A DNA stretch of 64,000 bases from a phage. Every line of letters starts with the position of its first letter. Position 1 is the first letter of the stretch. The position numbers and the translations under genes are program-made. The notes under the pieces are model-generated. The model saw only the letters and a list, made by a program, of their open reading frames with translations. It searched no databases and had not been told where the DNA came from. The DNA lies in the sequence record PZ386964.1; one strand, written 5' to 3'. This document shows, one piece after another, positions 8,636 to 17,385 of this stretch.

Positions 8636-9054
8636 GACAATTCCTCTAAATACTTGATGATGTGATGAATAGTTCCCTTCACGATTATCTCACGTTGAAC
8701 GTCTGCAGTATTATAACGCTTTAATTCAATAGAAGGGTGGACTAAATAAAACATCTTCTCAGAATCAACCTTAAGCAGAACAAATGATGGGTATTTCCAA
8801 TCATTCCACGAAGAAAGAAAGCTGCATTGACCTTTCTCAAATGCATTTCTGAAAGGTGCAGTGGTGACCCTTGCAGGCCACGATTCAAAGAACTTCATTT
8901 CAAGCCAAAAGCCGCGCCCTTTCCGGTTGGTGCCGATTACGTCCGGCACGCCATCACCAGTCATCGACTCGATTCGTTGAAGCTTCAATACTGACTCTGA
9001 ATGCTTCTTTAAAGGTACGAATATGTATTTCTGCTCACGGTTATTTGTTGCCAT
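8632..9054 (-). CDS. VRR-NUC-like nuclease (PD-(D/E)xK fold)
   Basis: GVPDVIG and WLEMKF motifs consistent with VRR-NUC; immediately downstream of the SNF2 helicase, a common pairing. Confidence 0.55.
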   Translation of the reverse strand: MATNNREQKYIFVPLKKHSESVLKLQRIESMTGDGVPDVIGTNRKGRGFWLEMKFFESWPARVTTAPFRNAFEKGQCSFLSSWNDWKYPSFVLLKVDSEKMFYLVHPSIELKRYNTADVQREIIVKGTIHHIIKYLEELS

Positions 9055-11938
9055 CTGGATACACCTGTTTGATAACGTCGACTATGAACATGTCAATGCC
9101 TTCAAGCTTGCGACCTTTCATCAGGAAGAATGCGCCGTTCCCGACGTTTTCAGCAATGTATTTCCCGTACTTCTGGAACTTTTCTGGACGAATCCTGAAG
9201 CGCATTGGCGAGTCGGTCGAGTCGTCTTTGCACATAAGGTCGATGAACTGAGTCTCAAGCTTGTTTCCGTACTGGTCAAACTCTGCGTAGCGGCCATCAG
9301 CTTGAAGACCTTTTTTAAGCTTGCCGTGCTTTGTATAGATGCCGCGCTCAAGTCGTTTACGGATGCGTGTCGCTTCGTTCTCGTCTGCAAGCACTTTCTT
9401 TGTCAACTTGCCGATTACTATTGCACGCTCGTCATCACCGACTTCCTTCATCTGGCGTATTGAAGCGCCGGACGTCACGCCAATAAGATAAGGGTCATTA
9501 TACGCCCAGCCAAACTTTGTGTGCATCTCTGTAAGGTCGCCGTATTTGACTTCAGCATTGGCCAATGCATCCTTTTGCTTTTGCGTTAAGGTTCCGGCTT
9601 CACGTGCTTCGATATACTTCATCGCCTTCACCATTCCGTATCCTTTCGCGTTCATGATGCCGCCGATTAGCTTTCCGTTCGCGATGGTCCAGTTCATCGA
9701 AGAGTGATCAGGGTCGATTGGCACATAATCCACGCCTTCTTTCGCAAGTTCACGTAGTATCGCAATCGTCTGGTCTTCGTCCTTAGCAGCGCGTAAGCAG
9801 GCAGCGGCAAATTCCAACGGGTAGTGTCGCTTAAGCCACAAAGTCCAGTAGGTCACGACCGCGTATGACACGGAGTGTGACTTGTTAAAGCCCCATGACC
9901 CGAACGTGGCCATCGCTTGCCAAAGCTTTCTTGCATCCGCTTCCGGTACACCGTTATTTATTGCTCCTGCAACGAAGTCTTCGCCAAGCTTGTTAAAGTA
10001 TTCTTCACCCTTACGGCCTGACATCGCCTTACGTACAGCGGACGTTTTCGCCCAGTCAAATGAACCAATCTCTTTAACCACGGCCATGATTTGCTCTTGG
10101 TAAAGAAACACGCCGTAAGTCTCTTTTAAGTACGGCTCAAGCTGCGGCACGTCGTATTCAATCGGCGCACGCCCTGCCGCGCGTTCAATGTATTTCTGGG
10201 CCATACCGGACGACAACGGGCCAGGTCGACCCAAAGCTGTCAGGTTGTCGATTTTGTTAAAGTTATCGACGTGAACAAAGTTTGTTACTGAGCGTACAGC
10301 ATCACCTTCAAACTGGAAGATGCCTGACATCTTGTTTTCGTTAAGAATGTCAAGGACGCTTTGATCATCAAGCTTGATTCCGTAGAGCGTTTCAGCATCA
10401 ATAACGCCTGTATCAGAAATAATGCCGAGAGTACGAAGGCCCAGCGCATCAAGCTTCAAAAGGTTTAGGTATTCGCTGTCAGGCTTATCGATTTGCGCAA
10501 TCCCTTCTGCAGTTACAGTACAGTAATCAGAGATTGGGTCATTACACACAATGATTCCCGCTGCGTGAACACCTGTGTGAGACGGGTGAATCTCAAGGTC
10601 ACCCATGCAACGCGCGGCGTCAGGATATTTCGCCACGAACTCTTGACCCGTGGTCGTTGTTGCAAAGGTATCCTCCAGGCCGTGACCATAACGGGCGTCA
10701 CCGGATGAGTATTCAAGCAGTGCGTTTTTAATGTTGGCTGTTTCGTGGTATCCAATGTTGAACTTCTTACCAACTTGAGCCATTACTGAGTTGGCCTTAA
10801 GCGTGTTGATGTTGCCAAGCTTTGCAACGTTCATTTCGCCGTATTTCTCTTTAAGATAATCAAACACCATATAGCGTTTGGTATCTTCAAAGTCGATGTC
10901 GATGTCAGGAAGGTCGGCGCGGCTTACGTCAATGAATCTGGCAAACAGCAGCTTATACGGGATTGGGTCCACTTCCGTGATGCCGAGGCAATAGCAAACA
11001 AGTGAACCGGCTGATGAGCCGCGCGCAGGACCGACGAGCATTTTTGTTTTTGCGAATCGTACAAGGTCCGCTACTACCAGAAAGTATGAGTCGAAATCTT
11101 TCAGCTGAATCTGGTGAATTTCTTCGTTGAAGCGGTCCTCATATTCCTGAGTCCATTCTTTGATGTGACCTGCTTTTAGACGGTACTCCATCCCCTCACG
11201 CGCAAGCTTTACCATGTCACCAGCAAGGTGAATAATCGGTGCCTTACGCAATTTCAGGTCAAGTCCGACTATGCCGTTTGCTATGTCAACAGCATTGGCC
11301 GTTGCCTGATTGAGCTCATCTTCAGTCAAGATGCCTTTAAGCTGTTTGCGCAAGTCTTCCGCGTCAACGATGCAGTGCGGCTTGACCGTGTCGCGCACTT
11401 CCCAAGCATAAGCGAAGTCAACGTGCTCAGGAGAAGGCATGTGATTGTATCCGGTTAAAACCAGCGGCCTTCCACTGCTACGATGAGCCAATGCCTGGCG
11501 CTTTGCCAAAAGGAACGACGATGGGTTGACGTCTATATAGTCGTAGTCCTCTGGCCGCAGCAACTCCACAGCACCGCCACAGAATTTAACGACGCCATCG
11601 AGCGCACCGAACTCTGAACGGGTAAGTCCACCGCGCTGCGTTGCAAGTGTTGTAGCATTGTAAAAAGATTTTAAGTCAAGGGCCAATATCCAAGCCTTCG
11701 GTTTGAATCCCTTTTTAGGGTCCGCATCAGGGTCGATGATTGGAATCTCCATCCCAAACATAGGCTTAATATCATTTTTCTGGCATTCCTTTTCCCAGCG
11801 AACGTGACCCCATGTATTGTTATCAACTAATGCCGCGACTTCGCAACCCAACTCTTTGAGCCGTGCTATAATTTCAGGATGCCGTCCATATACTTCTTTG
11901 AACGTGTAACCGCTGCGAACTCTCAATTGTGGAAACAT
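9041..11938 (-). CDS. dnaE: DNA polymerase III alpha subunit-like replicative polymerase (DnaE type)
   Basis: 965 aa; N-terminal PHP-like region and the motif GSSAGSLVCYCLGITEVDP matching the DnaE signature. Confidence 0.85.
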   Translation of the reverse strand: MFPQLRVRSGYTFKEVYGRHPEIIARLKELGCEVAALVDNNTWGHVRWEKECQKNDIKPMFGMEIPIIDPDADPKKGFKPKAWILALDLKSFYNATTLATQRGGLTRSEFGALDGVVKFCGGAVELLRPEDYDYIDVNPSSFLLAKRQALAHRSSGRPLVLTGYNHMPSPEHVDFAYAWEVRDTVKPHCIVDAEDLRKQLKGILTEDELNQATANAVDIANGIVGLDLKLRKAPIIHLAGDMVKLAREGMEYRLKAGHIKEWTQEYEDRFNEEIHQIQLKDFDSYFLVVADLVRFAKTKMLVGPARGSSAGSLVCYCLGITEVDPIPYKLLFARFIDVSRADLPDIDIDFEDTKRYMVFDYLKEKYGEMNVAKLGNINTLKANSVMAQVGKKFNIGYHETANIKNALLEYSSGDARYGHGLEDTFATTTTGQEFVAKYPDAARCMGDLEIHPSHTGVHAAGIIVCNDPISDYCTVTAEGIAQIDKPDSEYLNLLKLDALGLRTLGIISDTGVIDAETLYGIKLDDQSVLDILNENKMSGIFQFEGDAVRSVTNFVHVDNFNKIDNLTALGRPGPLSSGMAQKYIERAAGRAPIEYDVPQLEPYLKETYGVFLYQEQIMAVVKEIGSFDWAKTSAVRKAMSGRKGEEYFNKLGEDFVAGAINNGVPEADARKLWQAMATFGSWGFNKSHSVSYAVVTYWTLWLKRHYPLEFAAACLRAAKDEDQTIAILRELAKEGVDYVPIDPDHSSMNWTIANGKLIGGIMNAKGYGMVKAMKYIEAREAGTLTQKQKDALANAEVKYGDLTEMHTKFGWAYNDPYLIGVTSGASIRQMKEVGDDERAIVIGKLTKKVLADENEATRIRKRLERGIYTKHGKLKKGLQADGRYAEFDQYGNKLETQFIDLMCKDDSTDSPMRFRIRPEKFQKYGKYIAENVGNGAFFLMKGRKLEGIDMFIVDVIKQVYPDGNK

Positions 11939-12480
11939 TATTTACTCCATATGTCATATACGCCAATTTGCTGGCAGACTTTGTGCAGTAATATTACGTC
12001 GTCTAATGCACGGTGCTTCTGTTCATATTTTCCGAAATATAATTCATACAACTCTTGAAGCTTAACTCTTCGACCAAAAATAGGCAAGGTTTGCTCGACC
12101 GTACAAATGTTTATATCTGGAAATGATACATCACTTAATGTAAGTCCTTCGCGCTGTAGTGCATAATCAAGAATGTTTTTATCGAACGCATGGTTGTGCG
12201 CGATAGTTGCATCAGTCTTCTTGAAGATTTCTTTTAGCTGCGGGACGAAATTGATGAACGGTGGATTGCACTCAAGGTCTTCATTTGTTAATCCGGTAAT
12301 CTTTGTGATAATTTCTTCAATCACGATTTCAGGATTAATTATGAATTCAAACGTTTCAAGAATCTCTTTGCCGTCTGTCAACAGACCTGCAAATTCAATA
12401 GGGCGCGGCTGCATCCCAAGCGGCGCTTTCGGGTGCACGGTCAATCCGGTTGTTTCGAAGTCATAAGGGAGAAATAACAC
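11938..12480 (-). CDS. dnaQ: 3'-5' proofreading exonuclease, DnaQ/epsilon-like (DEDDh)
   Basis: Exo motifs YDFETTGL, HNHAFD and HRALDDV; immediately upstream of and coupled to dnaE. Confidence 0.8.
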   Translation of the reverse strand: MLFLPYDFETTGLTVHPKAPLGMQPRPIEFAGLLTDGKEILETFEFIINPEIVIEEIITKITGLTNEDLECNPPFINFVPQLKEIFKKTDATIAHNHAFDKNILDYALQREGLTLSDVSFPDINICTVEQTLPIFGRRVKLQELYELYFGKYEQKHRALDDVILLHKVCQQIGVYDIWSK

Positions 12481-12491
12481 ATTAGCCTCCT

Positions 12492-12518
12492 ACAAAAAGG
12501 CCGCCCATTAGGACGGCC
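12492..12518 (-). terminator. Terminator-like hairpin in the leader of the dnaQ-dnaE pair (possible attenuator)
   Basis: Minus-strand RNA GGCCGUCC-UAAU-GGGCGGCC followed by UUUUUGU, ending only ~10 nt before the AGGAGG site of dnaQ. Confidence 0.45.
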
Positions 12519-12534
12519 ACAGATTCACGATTCG

Positions 12535-13086
12535 TTATACAGTGTACGGAGTACCGTCTTGATTCAAGCGCACGATGAACTTCAAATCGACGCCGATGAT
12601 ATCGCGCGTGTCAAAGATCACGTAATTGTAGCGACGTTGACCAGCAATGTTTGGATTGGTGTGGGAGTCGGTGATGACTTCCTGCGCAACCTGAATGCCT
12701 TCTTCGCTAAAGAACTTACGCCATTCAGCAAGTTCAGCGGCAGTTACGTGCATGCCAAGATGGCTAACCTGATTGTCGTGTGCATCGATATATTCGATGT
12801 TTTCGTTGATCCAGTTGCAGCCCATTGTGTAGTCAAGGATTTCAAGCTCAAGAGGCTTACCAGCGTCGCCATCAGTACCATTGCCAGCCTGATAGTTGAA
12901 GCGCAAGTCAGCTTCATTGGTGCAATCGTCGCGACGACCTTTAAAGTCATCAGCTTCAAATACGCGACCAGTAGCAACAACATGATCATGGAACCATTCT
13001 GTCAGGCCGATTTTAGCCAAGAAATCCTGTGCGCGCTGAGCATCTGGAATTGACAGGGCGATTTGTTCAATTTTAAAATGTGGCAT
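12535..13086 (-). CDS. Hypothetical protein, possibly glyoxalase/VOC-fold
   Basis: 183-aa ORF; weak resemblance to the VOC superfamily (HLGMHV); assignment tentative. Confidence 0.4.
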   Translation of the reverse strand: MPHFKIEQIALSIPDAQRAQDFLAKIGLTEWFHDHVVATGRVFEADDFKGRRDDCTNEADLRFNYQAGNGTDGDAGKPLELEILDYTMGCNWINENIEYIDAHDNQVSHLGMHVTAAELAEWRKFFSEEGIQVAQEVITDSHTNPNIAGQRRYNYVIFDTRDIIGVDLKFIVRLNQDGTPYTV

Positions 13087-13106
13087 TTTGTTTCCTTAAT
13101 TAAATA

Positions 13107-13277
13107 TTATTGATTAATTACTGTGTTGCCTTCGATGGAATAAGTCTCAATGGAACCGACGCGCTCGTGGTTAATCTTTGCGTTTTCGATTCTTATTACT
13201 TCAAATCCAACGCCTTCTTGATCAATCTTCACTTCTGCCACGTCGCCAATCACTTCTACAACAACTTTGATAGTCAT
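13107..13277 (-). CDS. Small hypothetical protein (56 aa), absent from the ORF track
   Basis: ATG-initiated minus-strand ORF (MTIKVVVEVIGDVAEV...) filling the gap between two genes. Confidence 0.3.
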   Translation of the reverse strand: MTIKVVVEVIGDVAEVKIDQEGVGFEVIRIENAKINHERVGSIETYSIEGNTVINQ

Positions 13278-13280
13278 GAT

Positions 13281-13964
13281 TTATTTCCCAAATGGAATAT
13301 CAGTACCAGACATAAAGCGCCATGCGCCCGTAATTAAGATATGGCGAATGAAGTCAGCAATTACTTGCGGCTCAGTTTCCAATCCATTCATCAACGCCTT
13401 TTTCTGGTATTCAGCAGCATACTCAGGAGTCCAGCCGCGAGTCGCGCAAACAGCATCTTCAATCTGTTTGGACATGCCAGTACCGCGTAGCTTGTTAGGA
13501 CTAATAGAGAATACCGTGATCCCGTATTTAGGCGTAAGCTCGTGAGCCATCTGCTTGCTAATCATGAGCGCAGCAGCCTTGGAAGCATTATAACACAAGC
13601 TGGACGTCATAGGAATATGCGCAGCGTTGGAAACGATATTGATCACAAAACCTTTGTTGTCAATAAGACTTTTCAGCGCGGCCTGAGTCGTGTTGACGAA
13701 AGAGAAGGCGTTGGTGTGCATAACGCGATTGAACTCTTCGTAGTTAACATCTTCGAACCAGTTGTTGGAGTTGACGCCAGCGCAGTTGATCAAGCCTTCT
13801 ACATCATATGGGCTTAAAATTTCTTTCATCTGTTTAGCGTCGCGGACGTCATATCCGTATGCTGAATCGATGCCAAGCACGTTATGACCGTAAGCGCCAA
13901 GGGTGTCGAAAATAGATTTACCAAGACCGGAATTGGAACCTGTTACAACAATTACTTTTTTCAT
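13281..13964 (-). CDS. Short-chain dehydrogenase/reductase (SDR) family oxidoreductase
   Basis: N-terminal VTGSNSGLG (TGxxxGxG) and catalytic YNASK (YxxxK) motifs; own promoter upstream. Confidence 0.75.
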   Translation of the reverse strand: MKKVIVVTGSNSGLGKSIFDTLGAYGHNVLGIDSAYGYDVRDAKQMKEILSPYDVEGLINCAGVNSNNWFEDVNYEEFNRVMHTNAFSFVNTTQAALKSLIDNKGFVINIVSNAAHIPMTSSLCYNASKAAALMISKQMAHELTPKYGITVFSISPNKLRGTGMSKQIEDAVCATRGWTPEYAAEYQKKALMNGLETEPQVIADFIRHILITGAWRFMSGTDIPFGK

Positions 13965-14000
13965 TTATTTATCCTTTTTGGACTTCGTTTCGATGAGATA

Positions 14001-14029
14001 AATATAACTCATCGAAACGCACAAGTAAA
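14001..14029 (-). promoter_or_regulatory. Sigma70-like promoter with conserved leader motif and inverted repeat across the -10 (upstream of the SDR gene)
   Basis: Minus strand: -35 TTTACT (plus 14024-14029), 17-bp spacer, -10 TATATT (plus 14001-14006); 12-bp inverted repeat CGTTTCGATGAG / CTCATCGAAACG flanks the -10. Confidence 0.45.
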
Positions 14030-14902
14030 CTATTTATTGAAATTAATATTATGGGTGTTAACAAGACGTTCACACATGGCGCTGTAAACACCATCATCGT
14101 GTATAGAGTCTTCGTGCTTCAGGCCGCTGATTGCAAAGCGTGTAAGCTTGACAATCTTAAGCTCGAACAGATGCCACATGTGGTAGTCTTCCGGCGTTTT
14201 CAACGTTACTCCATTAGGGAAAAGCACCTGCATAACCTGGCCAACCATCACGGCGTTATCGCCATAGACAGCGTTGCGCTCACGGAAGGTTGCTGCCATT
14301 GCATCAAGAATATCGGCGGCAGTTGCCGGAGATTGTTCAACTTTCACAGCCTTAGTCTCTTCTTGCCCTGTTGCACTTGGATCAATTGCTAATTGTTGCA
14401 CCACTTCACCTGCCTTGCAAAGATTAAATGTAAAAGCGATTTTATTTTGAGCAACGGAATTATAATACAATGCTTCATCTTGCATCCGCGCGAGTACGTC
14501 TTGTCGGTCGTCGAATACGTTGATGATTCGATAATCGCCGTGCCGCAATGCGTGCGATAGCCATGCAGATTTCATAATAGTTGATGGACGTTTGTCGCCA
14601 TAGTCTCTCATCTTGATTGTAAATTCATCAAAAGGAAAAACATTGTCCAGACGTTCAAAAGTCGCTTGTCTGTATTTTTCTGGCCTTGCAGTCCAATATT
14701 CAACCGCCTCACCGCGAAGAGATGCCGACTCTACTGCTGATGCAATGTGAGGATAGAACTGATCATAACCAATACCGCTGTGATAGTCATCATAGTCTGA
14801 CAACGGACCTGCCACCTTGATGCGGTCTAAGCGCCAACGGTCATCAAACAGCGTTCCGTCAAGGTCGAATACGTTTAAGATTTCGCTGTTTTTAATACTC
14901 AT
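14030..14902 (-). CDS. HAD-superfamily phosphatase fused to a C-terminal alpha-helical domain (possibly NTP-pyrophosphatase-like)
   Basis: N-terminal FDLDGTL and later VFDDRQD motifs; C-terminal ~140 aa with paired acidic helices (FELKIVKL, HEDSIHDDG). Confidence 0.55.
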   Translation of the reverse strand: MSIKNSEILNVFDLDGTLFDDRWRLDRIKVAGPLSDYDDYHSGIGYDQFYPHIASAVESASLRGEAVEYWTARPEKYRQATFERLDNVFPFDEFTIKMRDYGDKRPSTIMKSAWLSHALRHGDYRIINVFDDRQDVLARMQDEALYYNSVAQNKIAFTFNLCKAGEVVQQLAIDPSATGQEETKAVKVEQSPATAADILDAMAATFRERNAVYGDNAVMVGQVMQVLFPNGVTLKTPEDYHMWHLFELKIVKLTRFAISGLKHEDSIHDDGVYSAMCERLVNTHNINFNK

Positions 14903-15729
14903 CCTTTTGATACTCCATCTTTAGCAACTGGATTGTTGGTGATTGGCATCGCACTCCAAAACTGGATGCGCAACTCTTCTTGCTGTGCCGTTGTATCCAT
15001 CCAATCACGATACCAAGGGCAATGGGCTTTGCCATGACGAGGAAACGCGCATTTACCCATACCGATGCATTGCGGCTGTAATAATGGATTTGCCCACGGG
15101 TGCACCTTGAGGACTTCCGCAACCATTGCGCGGAATACTTCTTGATACTCGCCTTGAGTGCGCGTGCACAAGCGGTTTGACGCCATCTGCTGCAGCGTGC
15201 GCAAGTTGAACTTTGCCATGATATGCGTTTGCATATTAGAAGGCAACACGGCACGTGCATCTTGAATCTCTGCACCAGCCGCGCGAAGTTCTTGATACAA
15301 AGCATCGATAGTCGCCATCGCATCATCCCACTTCTCTGCTAAGTATTGCTTTTGAAGTAAAGATTGGTGCTCTTCATCAGTCCCAAATGCTTCACATTGA
15401 TCAATCAACTCTGGATTTTGGTGTGAGAATGCCTTCGGACGAATCGCATCAAATGCAGACGACTCCTGAGCGCGGCTGGTGCGTTCTTGATATGCGCCTG
15501 TGCGTGTGCGTACCATCTGATGGGTCATGTTCTTTGATACAGCTGTGATATCAAAGATATAGTCCACAAAGTCAAAAGGAGACTTGATTGTATCAAGCAT
15601 GTAGCGCCAATGCTCTTGCTTCTCTGATTCCGTCATCTCAGAGACAGGCTTACCAGTCATGCGCGTGTTCTTTGTTTCCAGCAAAAGGTCAAGTGCATCT
15701 TGGGTGTATCGAATTAATTCAACTTTCAT
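14899..15729 (-). CDS. thyX: Flavin-dependent thymidylate synthase (ThyX)-like protein with a divergent motif
   Basis: Segments THQMVRTRTGAYQERTSR and ARAVLPSNMQTHIMAKFNLRTL align to ThyX motifs (THELIRHRH...SQRY; ARAVLPNATETR), but RHR is replaced by RTR; Cys/His-rich C-terminal extension. Confidence 0.6.
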   Translation of the reverse strand: MKVELIRYTQDALDLLLETKNTRMTGKPVSEMTESEKQEHWRYMLDTIKSPFDFVDYIFDITAVSKNMTHQMVRTRTGAYQERTSRAQESSAFDAIRPKAFSHQNPELIDQCEAFGTDEEHQSLLQKQYLAEKWDDAMATIDALYQELRAAGAEIQDARAVLPSNMQTHIMAKFNLRTLQQMASNRLCTRTQGEYQEVFRAMVAEVLKVHPWANPLLQPQCIGMGKCAFPRHGKAHCPWYRDWMDTTAQQEELRIQFWSAMPITNNPVAKDGVSKG

Positions 15730-15742
15730 TTTAATTGTCCTA

Positions 15743-16189
15743 TTAACGGTAATTCACTAGTTGCTGATCACCAGAGAAGGTGCAATGATAAACGAATTGT
15801 GCGTTATAAAGCAACTGAAAACTTTTCTTTGGTTCACTATTAGAACTCATTGATGTAAAGATTTCTGCACCAGAACGGTTTTCACCAATCAGATTGATAA
15901 AGCCGCCAGTTGAACGAGGCTGGACGAAAGTGAAACGTTGCATCCACGGAGTACGGTTGGCACCTTTCCCTGTGAATCCCTGAATCTGAATATTCAAACC
16001 TTCTTGCTCATTCACACCGATGTAAGTGGTAATCTTCGCACCAGTCGTTGCTGCGGTCTTACCGTCCATCGCTTCGCAATCATAAACAGCGATTGAATCG
16101 GAAGTGCGGATGGCAGCTTCAGTCGCTTCCATATACATGGTGCCGAGAATAGCAGTTGCGGCAAGCGTGATTCCAGTGATTCGTTTCAT
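15743..16189 (-). CDS. Putative secreted protein (signal peptide), unknown function
   Basis: Hydrophobic N-terminus MKRITGITLAATAILG; two cysteines in the predicted mature part; embedded between enzyme genes. Confidence 0.5.
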   Translation of the reverse strand: MKRITGITLAATAILGTMYMEATEAAIRTSDSIAVYDCEAMDGKTAATTGAKITTYIGVNEQEGLNIQIQGFTGKGANRTPWMQRFTFVQPRSTGGFINLIGENRSGAEIFTSMSSNSEPKKSFQLLYNAQFVYHCTFSGDQQLVNYR

Positions 16190-16254
16190 TTTCGTTTCCT
16201 CTATGAGTTCTGCTTCAATGATTAAAGTATACGCCCATTGAAGCAGAAAGCAAA

Positions 16255-17250
16255 TTATTTATTAGCAATATAAGCAAATTTTTGATAGTTATTTGCTTTG
16301 ATGAGTTTTTCAACTTCAACAAGGTCATGAGCGACGTCATCAAGCAAAATGTTGCGCCAGGTAGCAAATCGACCGACACTAAACACGTTCAAATCCATGG
16401 TCAGCTGCAGGAGTAGGGCGTGTCGCAAGTCTTTCGGAATGTCGACAATCTTGCCATATTTCTGGTCGACCTTTTCAACTTCTTCAAGAGCGATGTCGCT
16501 CCATGAGAGGCCAAATGCCGTCAGCACTTCGTCAACTTCTGCGCGCAACTTGATGTCACGGTAACGAGTGATGCCGCCAGCGGCTTCAACTGCAGCTTCA
16601 CTTACGCTGACCAAAGGAATTGTTTCAATGATAAGCGTGTCACCAGTAATTGATGCGCGGTAAGTTCTGACGGAGTAGTCAGGGAAGTAAATTGTCTGAT
16701 ACAAATCACACTTACGTTTAATCTTAAAGCGGTAAACGCGAATGTTTGCTTTATCAAATGAGAAATCAAGCTTTTGATCAATTCCAGCAAGCTTCATCAT
16801 GACTGGCAGCGGCGACGTGTTGATGATTGGCGTCTCGCTATAGCCGCAAAGAGTATCAACCGGAGTATTAAAGAATATGCGGTCACCCAGTTTGTCGACA
16901 AGCTGATCATAAAAGTCATCAGGTGCAATATAACGCGTTGCAGTTTTAAGCTTCATGATTGAACGACTGCCAAACTGATTGGTGACCTTCATGGAATACA
17001 TATTGGCAAGGTTGATTGGGCAATGGTCGTGATAGTAGTTGCCGCGAAAATACACAGCCTTGTCAACTGTCACGGCCTTAAAGGGGATTCCGGTAATACG
17101 GCTTACTTCTTCGCCGCGAAAGCGTAGCAGCGCCTTGTGCTGTTGCGCTCGTTCCCCTGCTTCGTACACAATAGAGTTCGGGAAGTGACACGCGGTGATA
17201 AGTCCTGCCAGTCCGCCGCCGATAATCATTACAGGTTGTTTCATGTTCAT
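16255..17250 (-). CDS. FAD/NAD(P)-binding oxidoreductase
   Basis: N-terminal dinucleotide-binding motif VMIIGGGLAGL; ~331 aa; specific family not resolvable by eye. Confidence 0.6.
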   Translation of the reverse strand: MNMKQPVMIIGGGLAGLITACHFPNSIVYEAGERAQQHKALLRFRGEEVSRITGIPFKAVTVDKAVYFRGNYYHDHCPINLANMYSMKVTNQFGSRSIMKLKTATRYIAPDDFYDQLVDKLGDRIFFNTPVDTLCGYSETPIINTSPLPVMMKLAGIDQKLDFSFDKANIRVYRFKIKRKCDLYQTIYFPDYSVRTYRASITGDTLIIETIPLVSVSEAAVEAAGGITRYRDIKLRAEVDEVLTAFGLSWSDIALEEVEKVDQKYGKIVDIPKDLRHALLLQLTMDLNVFSVGRFATWRNILLDDVAHDLVEVEKLIKANNYQKFAYIANK

Positions 17251-17327
17251 TTGTCCTTTGTGGGTGATATGAGAAGTATAATAGCTAAATTATTTTACAG
17301 CAACAAGTCATTTCTATTTAGTACAGA

Positions 17328-17357
17328 CGAAAAAAAGACCCACAACAAGTGTGGGTC
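17328..17357 (-). terminator. Rho-independent terminator after the KEA-rich protein gene
   Basis: Minus-strand hairpin GACCCACA-loop-UGUGGGUC followed by a run of seven U. Confidence 0.65.
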
Positions 17358-17385
17358 AATTACCGCTATATAACCGTCCTACAGG

